A stretch of 64,000 bases of DNA from positions 9,238,001 to 9,302,000 of the forward strand of contig CP075497.1 in assembly GCA_021613535.1 (NCBI GenBank). Reading direction: 5' to 3'. The notes beneath the pieces were generated by a model. That model worked only from the letters and a program-made list of their open reading frames with translations, made no database searches and was not told where the DNA came from. The stretch is from Adineta vaga (taxonomy: Eukaryota > Animalia > Rotifera). The stretch's first letter is position 1. Each line of letters starts with the position of its first letter. Shown here piece by piece: positions 12,199-25,998 of the stretch. The position numbers and the translations under genes were made by a program.

Positions 12199-15100
12199 AT
12201 GTATGCCGATATGATTTGTGATGTTATGCCACCAATACCTGAAGATAGTGGTGGCAATGGTAATCATGCTGAAGGTAATGGATCAGATAATGGAGAAGAA
12301 GCTGAAGCAAATATCGAACAGTTAATGGTATCAATGCTTGAAGAACGTGATAAAGTAATTAATTTAATTAGAAATCAAATTATATATTCATTTTTCTTTG
12401 CTTATTAGTTACAAGAAAGACTACGTGAAACTGAAGATACATTAGGCACATCACAACAGAAATTACTTGAAATTGAAAAAGAACGCGATGTTTTATTTCG
12501 TCAATTATCACAAAATGCACCACAGGTTTGTAATTGATTTATTTTCATGCCGTTTTATTTATCAAATAATTTGAATTGCTCGTGTCAATACGTATATAAT
12601 CTTCGTAAATCACATAAGTTTTACTTCACACTTCGCTACATGTTTCAATCAATCAACATAAAAATTTAACAACTGTTGAAAACACTGTCATCCATTGATG
12701 ACAGATCGATATCTACTTACAATCTTTTCATGTCTTTTTCTTTCCCTTCAATTGACGTAAGCAAAGGTTATTTTTGTCATTTATGTCTTATCAAATCAAA
12801 GTTTCATTTTACGTATTTCATCGAATCTATCGATCGTTTTGATCAAGGTATCGTTTACATTTGTCTATTTATCTCAATTAATAGTAAACGTTGATGTACT
12901 TGATGATAAGTAACATTGATTTTACTTTTTTCACGTCCAATCTTATATCATCGATATATACATATACAAGCACCTGATATAATCAAAAAAGAAATCGTTA
13001 TACAAGATAAAGGCCATGTTGTTTTTGATTAACACTTTTTTTCTCCTTTACCAATTATTCATATGTCATCGAATGACCCTCGAATTACTATTTGGAGAGA
13101 AAATAATGAAAAAAATTGTTGCTTTATATACATGTTCATTTGATGTTTCATCCGTAAATTTCATAGTCGTCGTATCATGATGATCAAACACTAGTGATTA
13201 GATTGTTCATTGTTGTTCTTTACTCCGTTTTCTCTTTCTCTTTCTTCTTCATCCCTTTTTTTCTCAATTCTATTCATCGTTTGATTGTTTGCTAGAATAT
13301 TATATTCATAAGTATCAATGGGAATTGACACACAAACCTATATTCTGATGTAATTTAATATAGTAAATGAAATGTGACGCTTTATATTGAGAGACTTGTT
13401 TTAAGATTAAAAGAAAAAAAAGCGTTTACTCAATAGTCTCATTTACTAGTAACAAACAAACAAACAAACAAACGAACAATTAGAATATATCATACAAGAT
13501 AAATAAATGTTACTCCATATAGAAGATAGTATATTATGATCGATGTCATACTGTCGAATGACATACTGTTTTCATTGTTCCATGTCGACTTAAAACATAA
13601 TTGACATTGTAGAAATACTAGGACGATGACAATAGTCATTTTAACAATAAACAAAAAACCATATATTATTCTTTATTGATGTATGAGATCTATTTTTGGT
13701 TTCGCTGTTTATATGTATGTGCCGTTTGCTTAGTTATTACTCGGTTTTTTGTCGGTTTCGATTGATGACAATACTAAGTGGCATCGCTTGCATGCTTTCA
13801 TCTCGGTACATCAATTGTGATATCGACCTTCATTCCTGTTTTTCGACAGCACTATCAAACTCACATATTGGTACACATATATCTATCTATACATATATAT
13901 TCACCAAACTAACCATTTAATGCAAGGTCATATTAATTGCTGACAACGACCGATTAATGATGACACGATTTCCAACTAGTTGCGTGTCATGTGAATGTTT
14001 GAACCACTTTAATAAACAATTCATCGTGATATTAATTTTCACTTCTATTCATTCTCTTAAGTATGGTAGTAAAAGTAACCTGAAAAGAAAAAAAGCTATA
14101 GAGAAAAAGCGCGCGAGAGAGAGAGGAAGAGGGAGAGAGAAAGATAAATAGAGAAGAGAGCGAGCGAGCGAGAGAGAGAGAGAAAAAGAAAGAAGATCAG
14201 AACAGAGAAACGGCAAGCAATTCGTTGATTATTTAACTCTACTGACGAACGAGCACACATACTTGTATTCACGTATATGTATGTTTGATCAAACCTGAAG
14301 AACCAAATACATATTATATACAAAACTAATAAATCATGGTGAACATTGACTGTCAATCAAGTTCATTTCTCTTTGACAACTCATCAGCTTATCTACCTAA
14401 AATGAATTCATCAACCAATCTTGGCGATTATCTCACAAATAATATCTCATTTCAAACACTTTTAAACCATACTAACACTGAACATGATAACAATAATGAT
14501 GATGATGAAGAAGATGATGATGAGCTTTTAACTCCTACAAGTCCAACAACAATGACAAGTTCAGAAAGTAGTGATAGTGCGATTGTTTCTGATGAAATTG
14601 ATGATATCGATTTACTGACTAGCGAAAAACAATCGCTCTGTCGTAATTCATGGCCTAGAATTCTCGAAAAAAATGATTTGAAATTAGCATCAACATTTAC
14701 TACTCTTTCGCAGTCATTCGATATTTTAAATCAATATGATCAAGAACCTATTTATGATAATTCATCCGATCATGATTTACTACAAAAATATAAACGTCCA
14801 TTACCATGGTTAAATCTAAAATCATCAAATCAGAATAATTCTTCGTCTTCTATATCTTCATCATCGAATAAGGTTTTTTATTCTTTTGTCTGAAAAAAAA
14901 AGAAGATAAGACTGCATGATAAATAATAAATATAAAATTTCTTTTTATAGGATTATGTGACGCTGGTTCGTGAACTTTCACAATTACGTGAACAATTAAC
15001 TGAAAAAGAAGATGAAGTTACTGAACTTAAAGCTGAACGTAATAATACACGTGTAAGATATTTAATAAATTGAATAGATTTTTCTTCAGTATCATTTATT

Positions 15101-18100
15101 TCTTGATGATTTCGTTTAGTTACTTCTTGAACATCTCGAACAACTTGTTGCTCGACATGAAAGATCAATTCGAACAACAGTTATGCGACGACAAGCTCAA
15201 GGTGTTTCATCTGAAGTTGAAGTACTCAAAGCACTGAAATCATTATTTGAACATCATAAAGCCTTAGATGAAAAAGTATATAAACATTGTTCTCTTCCTT
15301 CTCTTTGAAATGTTTGTTTTTTCTTTTAAAGGTTCGTGAACGACTTAAAGTTGAAATTGAAAAAAATACTCAACTTAAAGATGAACTCGAACGAACAAAA
15401 AATGAGGTAAGTTACATCCTTGTTTTCATTTTTCAACTTAAGAAAAACAAAGAACCTTGACTATAACTTCTAACATTGAGTGATTACTAACAAGAAATAT
15501 AGTTGATTTCCTGTAATTTATTATAGTTATACAAAAGAAAAATTGAACTATTTTCTTTTACCTTTAGCTTGCCGGTGTTCGTGAAACCCAACAAGCAAAA
15601 GTAATTGATGTTAATCAATTAAAAGTAAATTCTTTTTTTTTTCTAAAAAAGATTTGTTCATTTTGAATGACTCATCGTTTTTTTCCTCTCTCTGTTAGAC
15701 AATGTCCAATGGTACGATTGATCCAGATTCATTAACTGGTAAATTAATTGAAATGCAAGAATTAATGGATAATCAATGTAATGAATTAATCTCTTGTCGA
15801 GCACGTGTTCATGAATTAACAAATCGTAATAAAGAATTAGAAGAACGTGCATGTCTATTTCAACGTGATCTAACTCATTCACATGAACAAATAAACAAAT
15901 ATCAACGTGATTTAAAAGAATCTCAAGCACAAAAAGAAGATCAAGAAGAAAGAATATCAACATTAGAAAAACGTTATTTGAATATTCAAAAAGAAACGAC
16001 ACATCTAACGGAATTCAATAGTCGACTAGAAAATGAACTAGCAACAAAAGAAACGCAACTTATGCATGTATGTAATCTTGCATTTCTATATAGTTCTTTT
16101 TCTCGATCATCTGCTAATAAAGTTTCGCGATCTCAGAAGTAATCGGATAATGATATAGTCGACGGAGGATATAAACATAAAATAGGGGCACGATTAGTCT
16201 GAGTCGTACCAGATCGAAATGTTTTATACAATGTTAATTAGAATTCTTTTCCTTTCTGATAAAGACAAGGAAATGTTTTGGAAATATTTGTTCGTAATTG
16301 AAATGCATTCTTTTTTTTTCTTTATTTATCTAGTCGGAAGAAAAATATCTAGCTTTACAAGATAAATATGAATTATTAGAGCAAAAACTTCAATCCCAAA
16401 TTGATGTTGATTCATCGAGTAAACAAAATGGTATTACAATTGCAAATAATCTCAATGGATCATCGATTTCTACATATTCCAATAGTCCAAATAACGATGA
16501 TAAATTACATCAATTACAAAATGAATATGATGATCTAAAAATGGAATTAACACGAGTATGTCAATAATGCATAGAGATGAAGTAATGTTGACCTATTTTT
16601 GTTTTTACTTTATTTCAAGGCTCGTCAGCGTGAAAAAGTTACAGATGAACATAATACACGTTTATCAGCGACAGTTGATAAATTATTAGCAGAATCTAAT
16701 GAACGTTTACAAACTCAATTACGTGAACGAATGCAAACGTTAGAAGAGAAAAATCATCTCGTACAAGAAAGTGAAAAAGTTAAAAAACAATTAGAAGAAG
16801 TACAAATGGAACGAGTAAATCGAAATATTTCAATTTTCTTGTTTTTCTATATCGATATTTTTTCATAGACAAAACTGATAGAAGATATTGAAAAATTGAA
16901 GATCGAATTAGAAAATGTTCGCAAAGAATTACAACGTACTCAACAACAGCAGTTACAACTACAACAACAACAACAACAACAACAACAGAAAACGTAAGAA
17001 ATTTGGATTACTATCTGATTTAAATAAAATTTTTCCTTTTTTAAATAGCGATGCCGTTCCAGTATCCAATCCTCCTTCGACAGATTTCATTACTAGTGCA
17101 ACTGATTCATCCAGCAGACGATCACCATTAACACGTAATGTTAAAACTGCACCTTTAGTGCCCGATCATATCTTCAAGGTAGGTTTTTTTTTAATATGAT
17201 AATTTCATTGAAAGTTCATTTGGTATTTTATTTCATAGACATCTGAAGCCGATTGGGATACGATAGATCAAGCACAAGTCATCAATGATGTTCGTCTAGC
17301 CTTTGAATCGTCTGATGTTGAATTAACAACTGATGATGAAGATTCTCTCTATCAACATCATCATCCGGTGACATTGAATAATGGAACAATTCCTCATGAA
17401 TCAACACATAATGATGCTCAAACACTAGCGCTTGTCTTACAAGAACAACTCGACGCTATTAACAATGAAATTCGAATGATACAAGCTGAAAAAGTTGATG
17501 CAGAATTACGTGCTGAAGAATTAGAATCACGTGTAGTTGGAAATTCTGTCTATCATTTAGCAGATGATGATGAAGAAGGACAAGAAGATGATGATGAATT
17601 AAACCATCATCATCATCATCATCGACATCCAACATCTGCTATACCAAATGGATCTATGGGACATTATCATTCTCATTTATCTCAGCGTTATTTAAGAAAT
17701 TCACCGCCAACTACAGGAAATTCACATAGCAACTATTCAGGACGATTACCACCTTCATCGTCACATACAACAAGTGCTAAATCATATAAATTCAATACTG
17801 TAAGACAATCCGAGTATATATATATTTCTAAGATTTACATTGTTGATGTATATTGTAGGCACCACCAGGGATGTCAGCTTCACATATGTATGCATTTAAT
17901 GCTGTGGCTGAACCAAACAATGTTAATGTAAGTTGATTTCTACAAGATAGAAAAAGACTGTATCTAATCTTGAATTTTCTAGGAATATGATCATGCTTTA
18001 CATCATCAATCACCACTTTCATTTCGAAATGATTATGGTACACCTACACGATATTTGAAATGCGAATCAAGTCCACCAATAACTCCACCACGTGTAACAA

Positions 18101-20274
18101 CTAATATTCGAACAGCGACACCTCATCATAATTATCATTCATCATCCAGTATACAAAATCAATATAGAATGAATACAAATCCATCAAGATCACATTCACA
18201 ACATATTGATGATAATACTAGGCATTATTAGTAAGTGAAAACATACGGCTCTATAAACTACATAGCACTTAATTTATTCCTTATCTTGGAAAGACTTTCA
18301 AATTGGACTAGTTCTTATTCATATAATTCTATTTAATTCTTTTTCAGTCCAAATCCGTCCATGATTCAACCAACATCCTTATCATCAATTACTCATCAAG
18401 ATTCTCCAAGTCCAATAAGTTCCCAAAATTCGACTTCTGGTGATGATAATAGTATTTATGCAAGAAATCAACAACAACAGAAAAAGAAAGGTATTCGAAA
18501 TTCTCTCGGACGTTTATTCACACGCAAACCTGGTTTAATGGATAATAAACCAATGCATGAAAGTATTCATCAACCAGTTTCATCTTATCAACAACATTAT
18601 CCATCGCCTTACATTGCTCGTGGTATGTTTAACTAGAAGAAGAAAGTGAAGGATTCGAAATTTTTCTATTAATTTTAGCCTCATCCGTACCTGCAGATAG
18701 TCCTGGACATAATGAAATGAATGAATCCACAACCGGTACATTACTAAGTTTAGGAAAAACCGAATTTGATCGTCGTATAAAAAAGAAGTACGTCGAAGAG
18801 AAGAATAATAAATCCGCAAGAAAAATCTTGATTATCTTATTTTAGACAAGAATTACTTGAAGATGCTATTCAAAATAATCGTCCATTTCCAACATGGGAT
18901 GGAGCCACAGTTGTTGCTTGGCTTGAGGTATGTTTTGAGGGGAAAAAAAGAATTTGATTTCTGAATTAACTTGTGTGTTTTTCTTGAATAGTTATGGGTA
19001 AAAATGCCAGCATGGTATGTTGCAGCATGTCGTGCTAATGTTAAATCAGGTGCAATTATGTCTGAATTAAATGAAGAAGAAATTCAACGTCAAATTGGTA
19101 TTAGTAATCCATTACATCGACTTAAACTTCGATTAGCTATACAAGAAATTTTAAATTTAACATCACCAGATGGACCACGAACTTCTGTTACTGTAAATGT
19201 TAAAAAATTGATTGAAAACTCATAATTTATTTTCTTCGTTTTTAAAGTCATTAGCATTTGGTGAAATGGATCATGAATGGATTGGAAATGAATGGTTACC
19301 AAGTCTTGGTTTACCACAATATCGATCTTATTTTATGGAATGTCTTGTTGATGCACGTATGCTTGAACATTTAAATAAAAAAGATTTAAGTAAACAATTG
19401 AAAATGGTTGATAGTTTTCATCGGTAAGTGAATAAATCATTTGAGAAGAAGTATTAAATATTGTATTTTGATTTAGAACAAGTTTTCATTATGGTATCAT
19501 GGTATTAAAACGAATTAATTATGATAAGAAAGACTTAGATAGAAGACGTGAAGAATCTTTAAATGAAAACCAAGATGTACTTATGTGGAGTAATGAACGA
19601 ATTGTTTTCTGGTTATCAACTATTAATGGTTTAAAAGAATATGCAAATAATTTAGCTGAAACTGGTATTCATGGTGGTTTAATTGCACTTGATGAAACAT
19701 TTGATTATAATACATTAGCATTAGCATTACAAATACCCAGTCAACAAACAATGGTAAGAGTAGCGATGAATTTAATTTATTCTCAAGTTTTTTATTGATT
19801 ATATTTGTTTGTTTTAGACACGTCAGATTTTAGAGAGGGAATTTCGTCTATTAATTGCTAATGGTACCGAACGAAAAATGGATGATGTAAGTAGAAAACT
19901 TTCCGAATCGAATGAATGATTTTTGAATATTTTCAGCTTGATAGACAGTCGTGATAGAGGGTAAATGAAATAATATTGTGTTTCGTGTTCTATAGTTCTT
20001 TTATTAGTTATTAAAAAGTATTAATATATATGTGTTTAATATTATTAGCTTTTTCCATTCGTAAAAAAGACACTAAATGATTCAATAAAACAATTTCATT
20101 GTATGACAAATCTTTGTTTTTTTTTCTATTTAGAATGATCAATCAAAAATGAAACGTCATCCATCATTATTTTCTCGAAAAATCAAATCTAAAACAACTA
20201 ATGGTGATGGAGTACATCCAAATGGAAATGATTCGCCTCATACAACTTCTACAGATGAAATTCAACAATTATAA
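12199..20274 (+). CDS. PPFIA1: Liprin-alpha (SYD-2/PPFIA): N-terminal coiled coils plus three SAM domains; about 20 exons
   Basis: [87 protein letters not shown] motifs [54 protein letters not shown] and [16 protein letters not shown]. Confidence 0.95.
14336..14872 (+). CDS. Alternative first coding exon of liprin-alpha (acidic, Ser-rich)
   Basis: ATG-initiated ORF inside the ~2.4-kb intron 2. It ends AAG|GT in phase 0, matching the phase-0 acceptor at 14951 that the upstream exon (CCACAG|gt, ~12525) also uses. Confidence 0.65.
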
Positions 20275-21816
20275 ATCAGCATTAAATTAATCGAAGAAAA
20301 ACAAAGTATTTGTTCAGATGCGTGTATTTTTTCTCATGACATCGAAAATCTCGATATTTCTCTTTTCGCTTGTACGTTTCTATTTGTATGTGTGTGTGCG
20401 TGTGCCATCATTTCTTTTCTTTTTTCTTGTGTGTACCCGCGCGATCATTGTCATATATACATATAAATATCTATTTTTTGTTTTCGTTGTTAATGAACGA
20501 CATACACATACATACTCATGCAAAAGGATGAGTTTTGTTGCTTTCGGTTCGTTTTTTTACCCATGTGTGTTTAAAAGAAAGAGAACGTTTCGTTTTTTTT
20601 ATGTCAAGCGGCTATGCAATAAAAAAAATAACAAGTTTATTGTTATTCTTGTTTTCGTAAATCAATGAGTGCCGGCACACAGTAGATATTTAGCAGCAGT
20701 GTTCATTTGTTTGTTTGTTTTTTTTCTTTATTCATTTCGAAATTACAAAGATATTGAGTTAAGTATTTTCCACCGAATACCTCCCTATTGCTCACATATA
20801 TGTCGTGTGTGTGTTTTTTTGTGCAACTGATAGAATCATGAATCATCATTATAAATGTGCAGCGATTCATTTTTTCTTTGTGTATGATATCACTTTTTTT
20901 CTTCTTTCTATATCATTACTCGTTTTCTAAATCCTCTGTCATCTTCTATTTATTACTAAATTGGTTTTTCTCTCCTGTTTTTGTGTCTTTTTCTCTCTGT
21001 CTGTCTCTCTCTCTCTGTTCTTTAGATGCGCTTTGGATTCTTTGTTTTCCTATGCAGATTGATATAAGCCACGCACAAGAATATTCTCTCCCTGTCTTTT
21101 GTACGTTTCAAAAAACTATGTGAAGAAAGCTTTGTTTTCTGGATGGTTGTTGTGTCAATTGTTGTATGCGTGTGTTTTTTTTCTGTGTTGCTCTAATTGT
21201 TTCTTTTTTGAGAGCATAATTTGAGTTGAAATGAAAATTCCCATAATAACAATTTATGAACAATCTTTTTCTTATCTCTATATCTTACATTTCATGGAAT
21301 TAAGAAAGATTAGTTGAGATACAATATGCTGAAATCCAAAGAAGAGTGAATACTGATGATATTCGATCAATTTGAATGGATGAATGTAGTTACTAATAAA
21401 AGTATTGAATATGAATTCAATGTTCAAATAATATAATTGTACTTACTAGTGGAAATATTAATGATAAGAATGGATGTTTGGTACATCAACATGTTTATTA
21501 ATCAGAAATGAATAGTAATGTAGATTTAGGTCACTATACAAGAATGATATATACAAATACAAACAATCGTATGATTAGATGTTTGACAAATGATTTCGAT
21601 TGGTTCTACTCTATAATCCAGGATAGAAAATCATAAAGGTCATCATATATGCATGCCCTCTGTTTTTATATCTCGAAATATTTGCAACTTAAAACATATT
21701 TATTTGTGACTGATCTATTGAATATTATCTAGATGTTTTGTCGGAGTGTTAATAGAAGAATTTAAATTTTAGATTAGAATAGATCTTTATGAATCCGTGA
21801 CACCGTAATACATATC

Positions 21817-23778
21817 ATGCTGAAACGTACGCTCAATAGAACTTTGTCCAATACCGATGAATCCGTAGAGAATATCCCATGGATTAAATATTCGAGAAAT
21901 ATAGCAGATAATTCAAAGTAAGAATCGACTAACTTCATCCTTATTTCCAGAAAAAGAATAAAATGTAATTTTTAGATCAACTTTTGAAAATCTTTGTCCT
22001 GATATCCTTCTTGAAATCTTTCAATACATTCGTCCAACTGATCTTCTCCATTCATTTTTCAATGTTACTTCTCTACTTGATAATCTTCTTGAACCATATA
22101 TGCATACACTTGATATTCGTCTTATCAACAAATCTTACTTTAACTATTTAATTGAATCAATTTTACCATCTTTATCAAAAAAATTACGTGTACTTCGTCT
22201 AAGTAATACTTATACATTCTCTCAAATAAGTGATTTATTCTGCAAATTTGATTGGATTCATATCAATCAACTTGAATCTTTATCATTTGATTCGATTAAA
22301 TCTGATGAATTATCGAAATATTTCCTTACAATTCATCCAAAACTTGAACAACTCTGGCGTTTATCTTTAACCTTCGATGAACAAGATGACTATTGTGAAA
22401 AGTTAATTCTTAATCGTATTCTTTTTTCTCAATCATCATTATTAAAAAACTGTTTTATCAATGGTATTACCTTTGATTTAAGTAAATCAATTCTTCCACA
22501 ATCCAATAAGAATCTTCGAGAATTGACAATTACATTAACATCAATCAAGGATTTACTCATACTCTTTCAAATGATTCCACATTTAGAAATTCTTACTTGT
22601 ACTATCTCTGCTGATACATCCGTTGATAATATTGATCAGATTGCATCATTGAATTCTTTAACAAGTCTAACATTGATTATTAATGAACGAATCGAATTTA
22701 AAACTCTTCAAAATATCTTAATTCCTCATACAAAATTGAGACATTTATCATTAACAGTTATTCTAATCGATAAGGTAGGAAAAAAACTATGAATTTTATT
22801 CGTTTATGTAAAACTTTTCTTCTTCTGTAGAATTCCAATAAGGAAATCAATGGTTTTGAATTTGAAAAATTATTTCGAAGATTTTCACAATTAATCGAAT
22901 TGCATTTCTATTTTCGACATGTACCAACAGATTCTCATCCTACAATAGATTATAAATCTGATTCTGTCTATCTTTCTTCATTTACAACTCATTTTTGGCT
23001 TGATCGATCTATTGAAGTTTGTACGCATTTTATTCCATCATGTAATCAACGTTATGTTTATACAATACCATTTGCTTTCGACAAATTTGATGTCAAGGAT
23101 GATATAGCAGAATTTTTTCTTAATCATCATTTACCACCGTTTTCCAATGTTAAACATTTAGTTCTTTCAGCCAACTCTCATATTTATGAATTTATTTATT
23201 CAAATATAATTTGCAAATTATTTCCAAAACTTCACAAAATTACTTTCTCTTCCAAAGATACGTTGAGTACACTAAAAAAACATCGATGGATTGAACAAAA
23301 GTAATAGGTTTTCCTTAATTAATAAAAATTAAACTAAAACAAACTTTTTATTTGTTATAGAGGAAAATTACATATTTCTTATGTATTTCTTTCCAATAAT
23401 TCAAAATCCAGATGTCGATTTTATCAAAAATTAGATATTCTCAGTGAAGATCAACGCATTTTTGCTAATAATAGTAAACATATTCGAGAATTAACAATCT
23501 ATGAAATGACAAAAGATCAATTAGTTTATGTAAATTATTTTTTCTCACAGATTCATGTTCTCACTCTCTATGTTGATACATGCAAATGGTTTTCTTTATC
23601 AATCGATTGGTTACATCATTTATTGACCAATATGGTTTCATTGTTTAGTCTGACGATTTACTATCCAAAAGATACACCAGTTGGCAATCTACAGAGTTTA
23701 CTTGTTAGTGAACTATTAGCAGTGAAAAAATATTTCTTTGTTAAATGTACCGATGGAATATTGAATATTTGGTTTTAG
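21817..23778 (+). CDS. F-box/LRR-like protein of the type expanded in bdelloids; 4 exons
   Basis: Exon 2 starts STFENLCPDILLEIFQYIRPTDLLHSFFN (F-box). LRR-like units follow (LRVLRLSN, LESLSF, LRELTITL, LEILTCTI), then the YTIPFAFDKF and FSNVKHLVL motifs. Confidence 0.8.
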
Positions 23779-24107
23779 TGTAAACTTTTTACAGATTGTA
23801 AAAATAAAGAACTATATGACTTGAAAAACGTTCCTAATAATGATAAATACAACTGCTAGTTATTTTATGTAACATTCACTTCGACTAATTACTTTGATCT
23901 TTGCTCGAATATTAAATGAACTCTATTATATCATTCTATTCAGTTTCTTATCTTTCCTATAGGTCATTCACATAATTATATTTAGTACAATAATAATAAT
24001 AATAAAGAAATGGTATGTATATTCCTTGGAGGAATTCATTTATTTAAAAAAGCAACAATATCTCTATTGAATTATAACATGATACAGAAAAAAGATAAAG
24101 CAATTGT

Positions 24108-25998
24108 TATACAAGTGATACATCAGGTGAAACACATGATGTACTCAAGCGTTTGAGTACATTATCGGATGATGGTGATATCGTTTGATGAGTTCGAAAT
24201 TCATGTATACGATATTGTTCAACTAATTGATTTGCAGTAAGAATTGTTGTTTCCATTGATAGTGGATTTTCCGAAACATCCGAACTACCTGAATAACCTT
24301 CGTCATCACGAGCTGGACTTGATGCAGTCGATTTTTGTACTAAATATATTGTTGTACTAATTGGTGATGGAGATAATTGATGATCATCGTGTACTTTTAA
24401 TTTTGATAAAGTTGAAATTGCATCATATTCTAAAAGACAAAGAAATACTTATGATGTAATAGAAAAGCTGACAGAAGAAGAGATTATTTCTTTTTCTAGT
24501 TCAATGAATTGAAATGCATTACTTACTATTATGAACATTCTCTTCACTGTTGGAGAAAGATTTCTATAAAAGAATCAAATAAGAATAAGAACGGAAGGAT
24601 TTAAAATGAAGGACTAACTTGTTTCTTATATCGTCGTCTTCTTCTTCTTATGATCATCACTGCGCAAATAATGAATAAAAGAATAGAAAAAATGCTTAGG
24701 ATAATCGGGATAATAATCATCCATTGTGATTCAATTAATAATGAAAAAAATTTATCATTTGAATTTGTTGTTAATTCCAATAGAAATGTATCTTCATAAT
24801 TATATTTCTGATTCAATTGAATAGAAAAAAGATATTTTCCTTCAACAGGCAATGATAATCGTTTCAATGTACAATTTGATAATAATTGAAAATAATTATA
24901 AATTACCGTTTGATAATGACAATATGTTGAATTGAATAAATCAATTGATGAGAAATTTCTTCGATTTATTTTCAATTTCTTTTGTAATAAAAATGGAATA
25001 TGACCATATTCATCAAGAATTCGAATTGTTAATTTAACTTTCATTGTTTTATTATATCGATCGATTGCTTGAAGATTGAATTGATAGATACTTTGTTCTT
25101 CTCGATTGAAAAGTTTTGATGTATAAATATCTCCTGTTTGAGATTGAATAAAGAAATTTTGTGTATCATCAATTGAATAGAAAAGACTTGGACAGAATTG
25201 ATTCGTTAATCGAGATAATATTAATGTTCGATTAGGAAGATTTTCTTTTATATCAATAATATAACTTGTTTGATTAAATTGACAAAGATTTTCATTGGGT
25301 TTTAAATGAAATTTATAGGTACGATTTGTCCATAGTGATGGTAGATCATTATCGCATGAATTCAATGATAAATAATAAAAATCTTGTTCAATTAGTTGAG
25401 CATTATTTCTGGTAGATAAAATATAGATTGATTCAGTAAGTAAACCATTTTTACTTTGACGAACAAATTGAAGTTGAAAATGTTTCGTATCGTTAAGAAT
25501 TAAAGTTAAATTTGTTGTTGATTCATCTAAATCTTTCACATTAATTGTTGCTAATGGTGTTGAATTCATATTGACATCATATTTTATTAAATTTCGTTCG
25601 AAAAAAATCGATGGATAAAACATAACATTAATATCTGGTGGATTATCGTTTGTATTAAGAACTTGAATAGTAATTTCACTAAAAGAAGGAGCAACTGTTG
25701 ATGAAGATGATGATGATCGTGCTTCAATAGTTAGTTTATAAATTGAAATTGTTTCATAATCAAGTGTATTTGATAGAGTTAAAACTCCGGTTGATGAGTT
25801 AAGATCAAATGTATTATTTATATCACCATAAAGTACATACTGAATTGATAATAATGATGATGTTGTAGCTTTAACAACACCAATTGTTCTATTGATCGAT
25901 GCAGATTCCGAAATAAAAAATTGATAGGAATCACGTTCGAAAAAAATAAATGCTGCATGAGTTGTAGAAATAAATAAAAACAAATGTAAGAGAATCAT
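24108..25998 (-). CDS. Short protocadherin-like protein (signal peptide, ~3 cadherin repeats, TM, cytoplasmic tail); 3 coding exons
   Basis: Signal peptide MILLHLFLFISTTHA. Cadherin motifs ISES, LDYETISIYKLTIEA, VLNTNDNPP, IKENLP, FNREEQSIYQFNLQAID. TM WMIIIPIILSIFSILLFIICAVMII followed by RRRRRR. The spliced tail ends SPDVSLV*. Confidence 0.85.

Noticed and set aside
20318-21123. Hydrophobic ORFs downstream of liprin-alpha
   Set aside because: T/GT-rich 3' UTR-type sequence read by chance.
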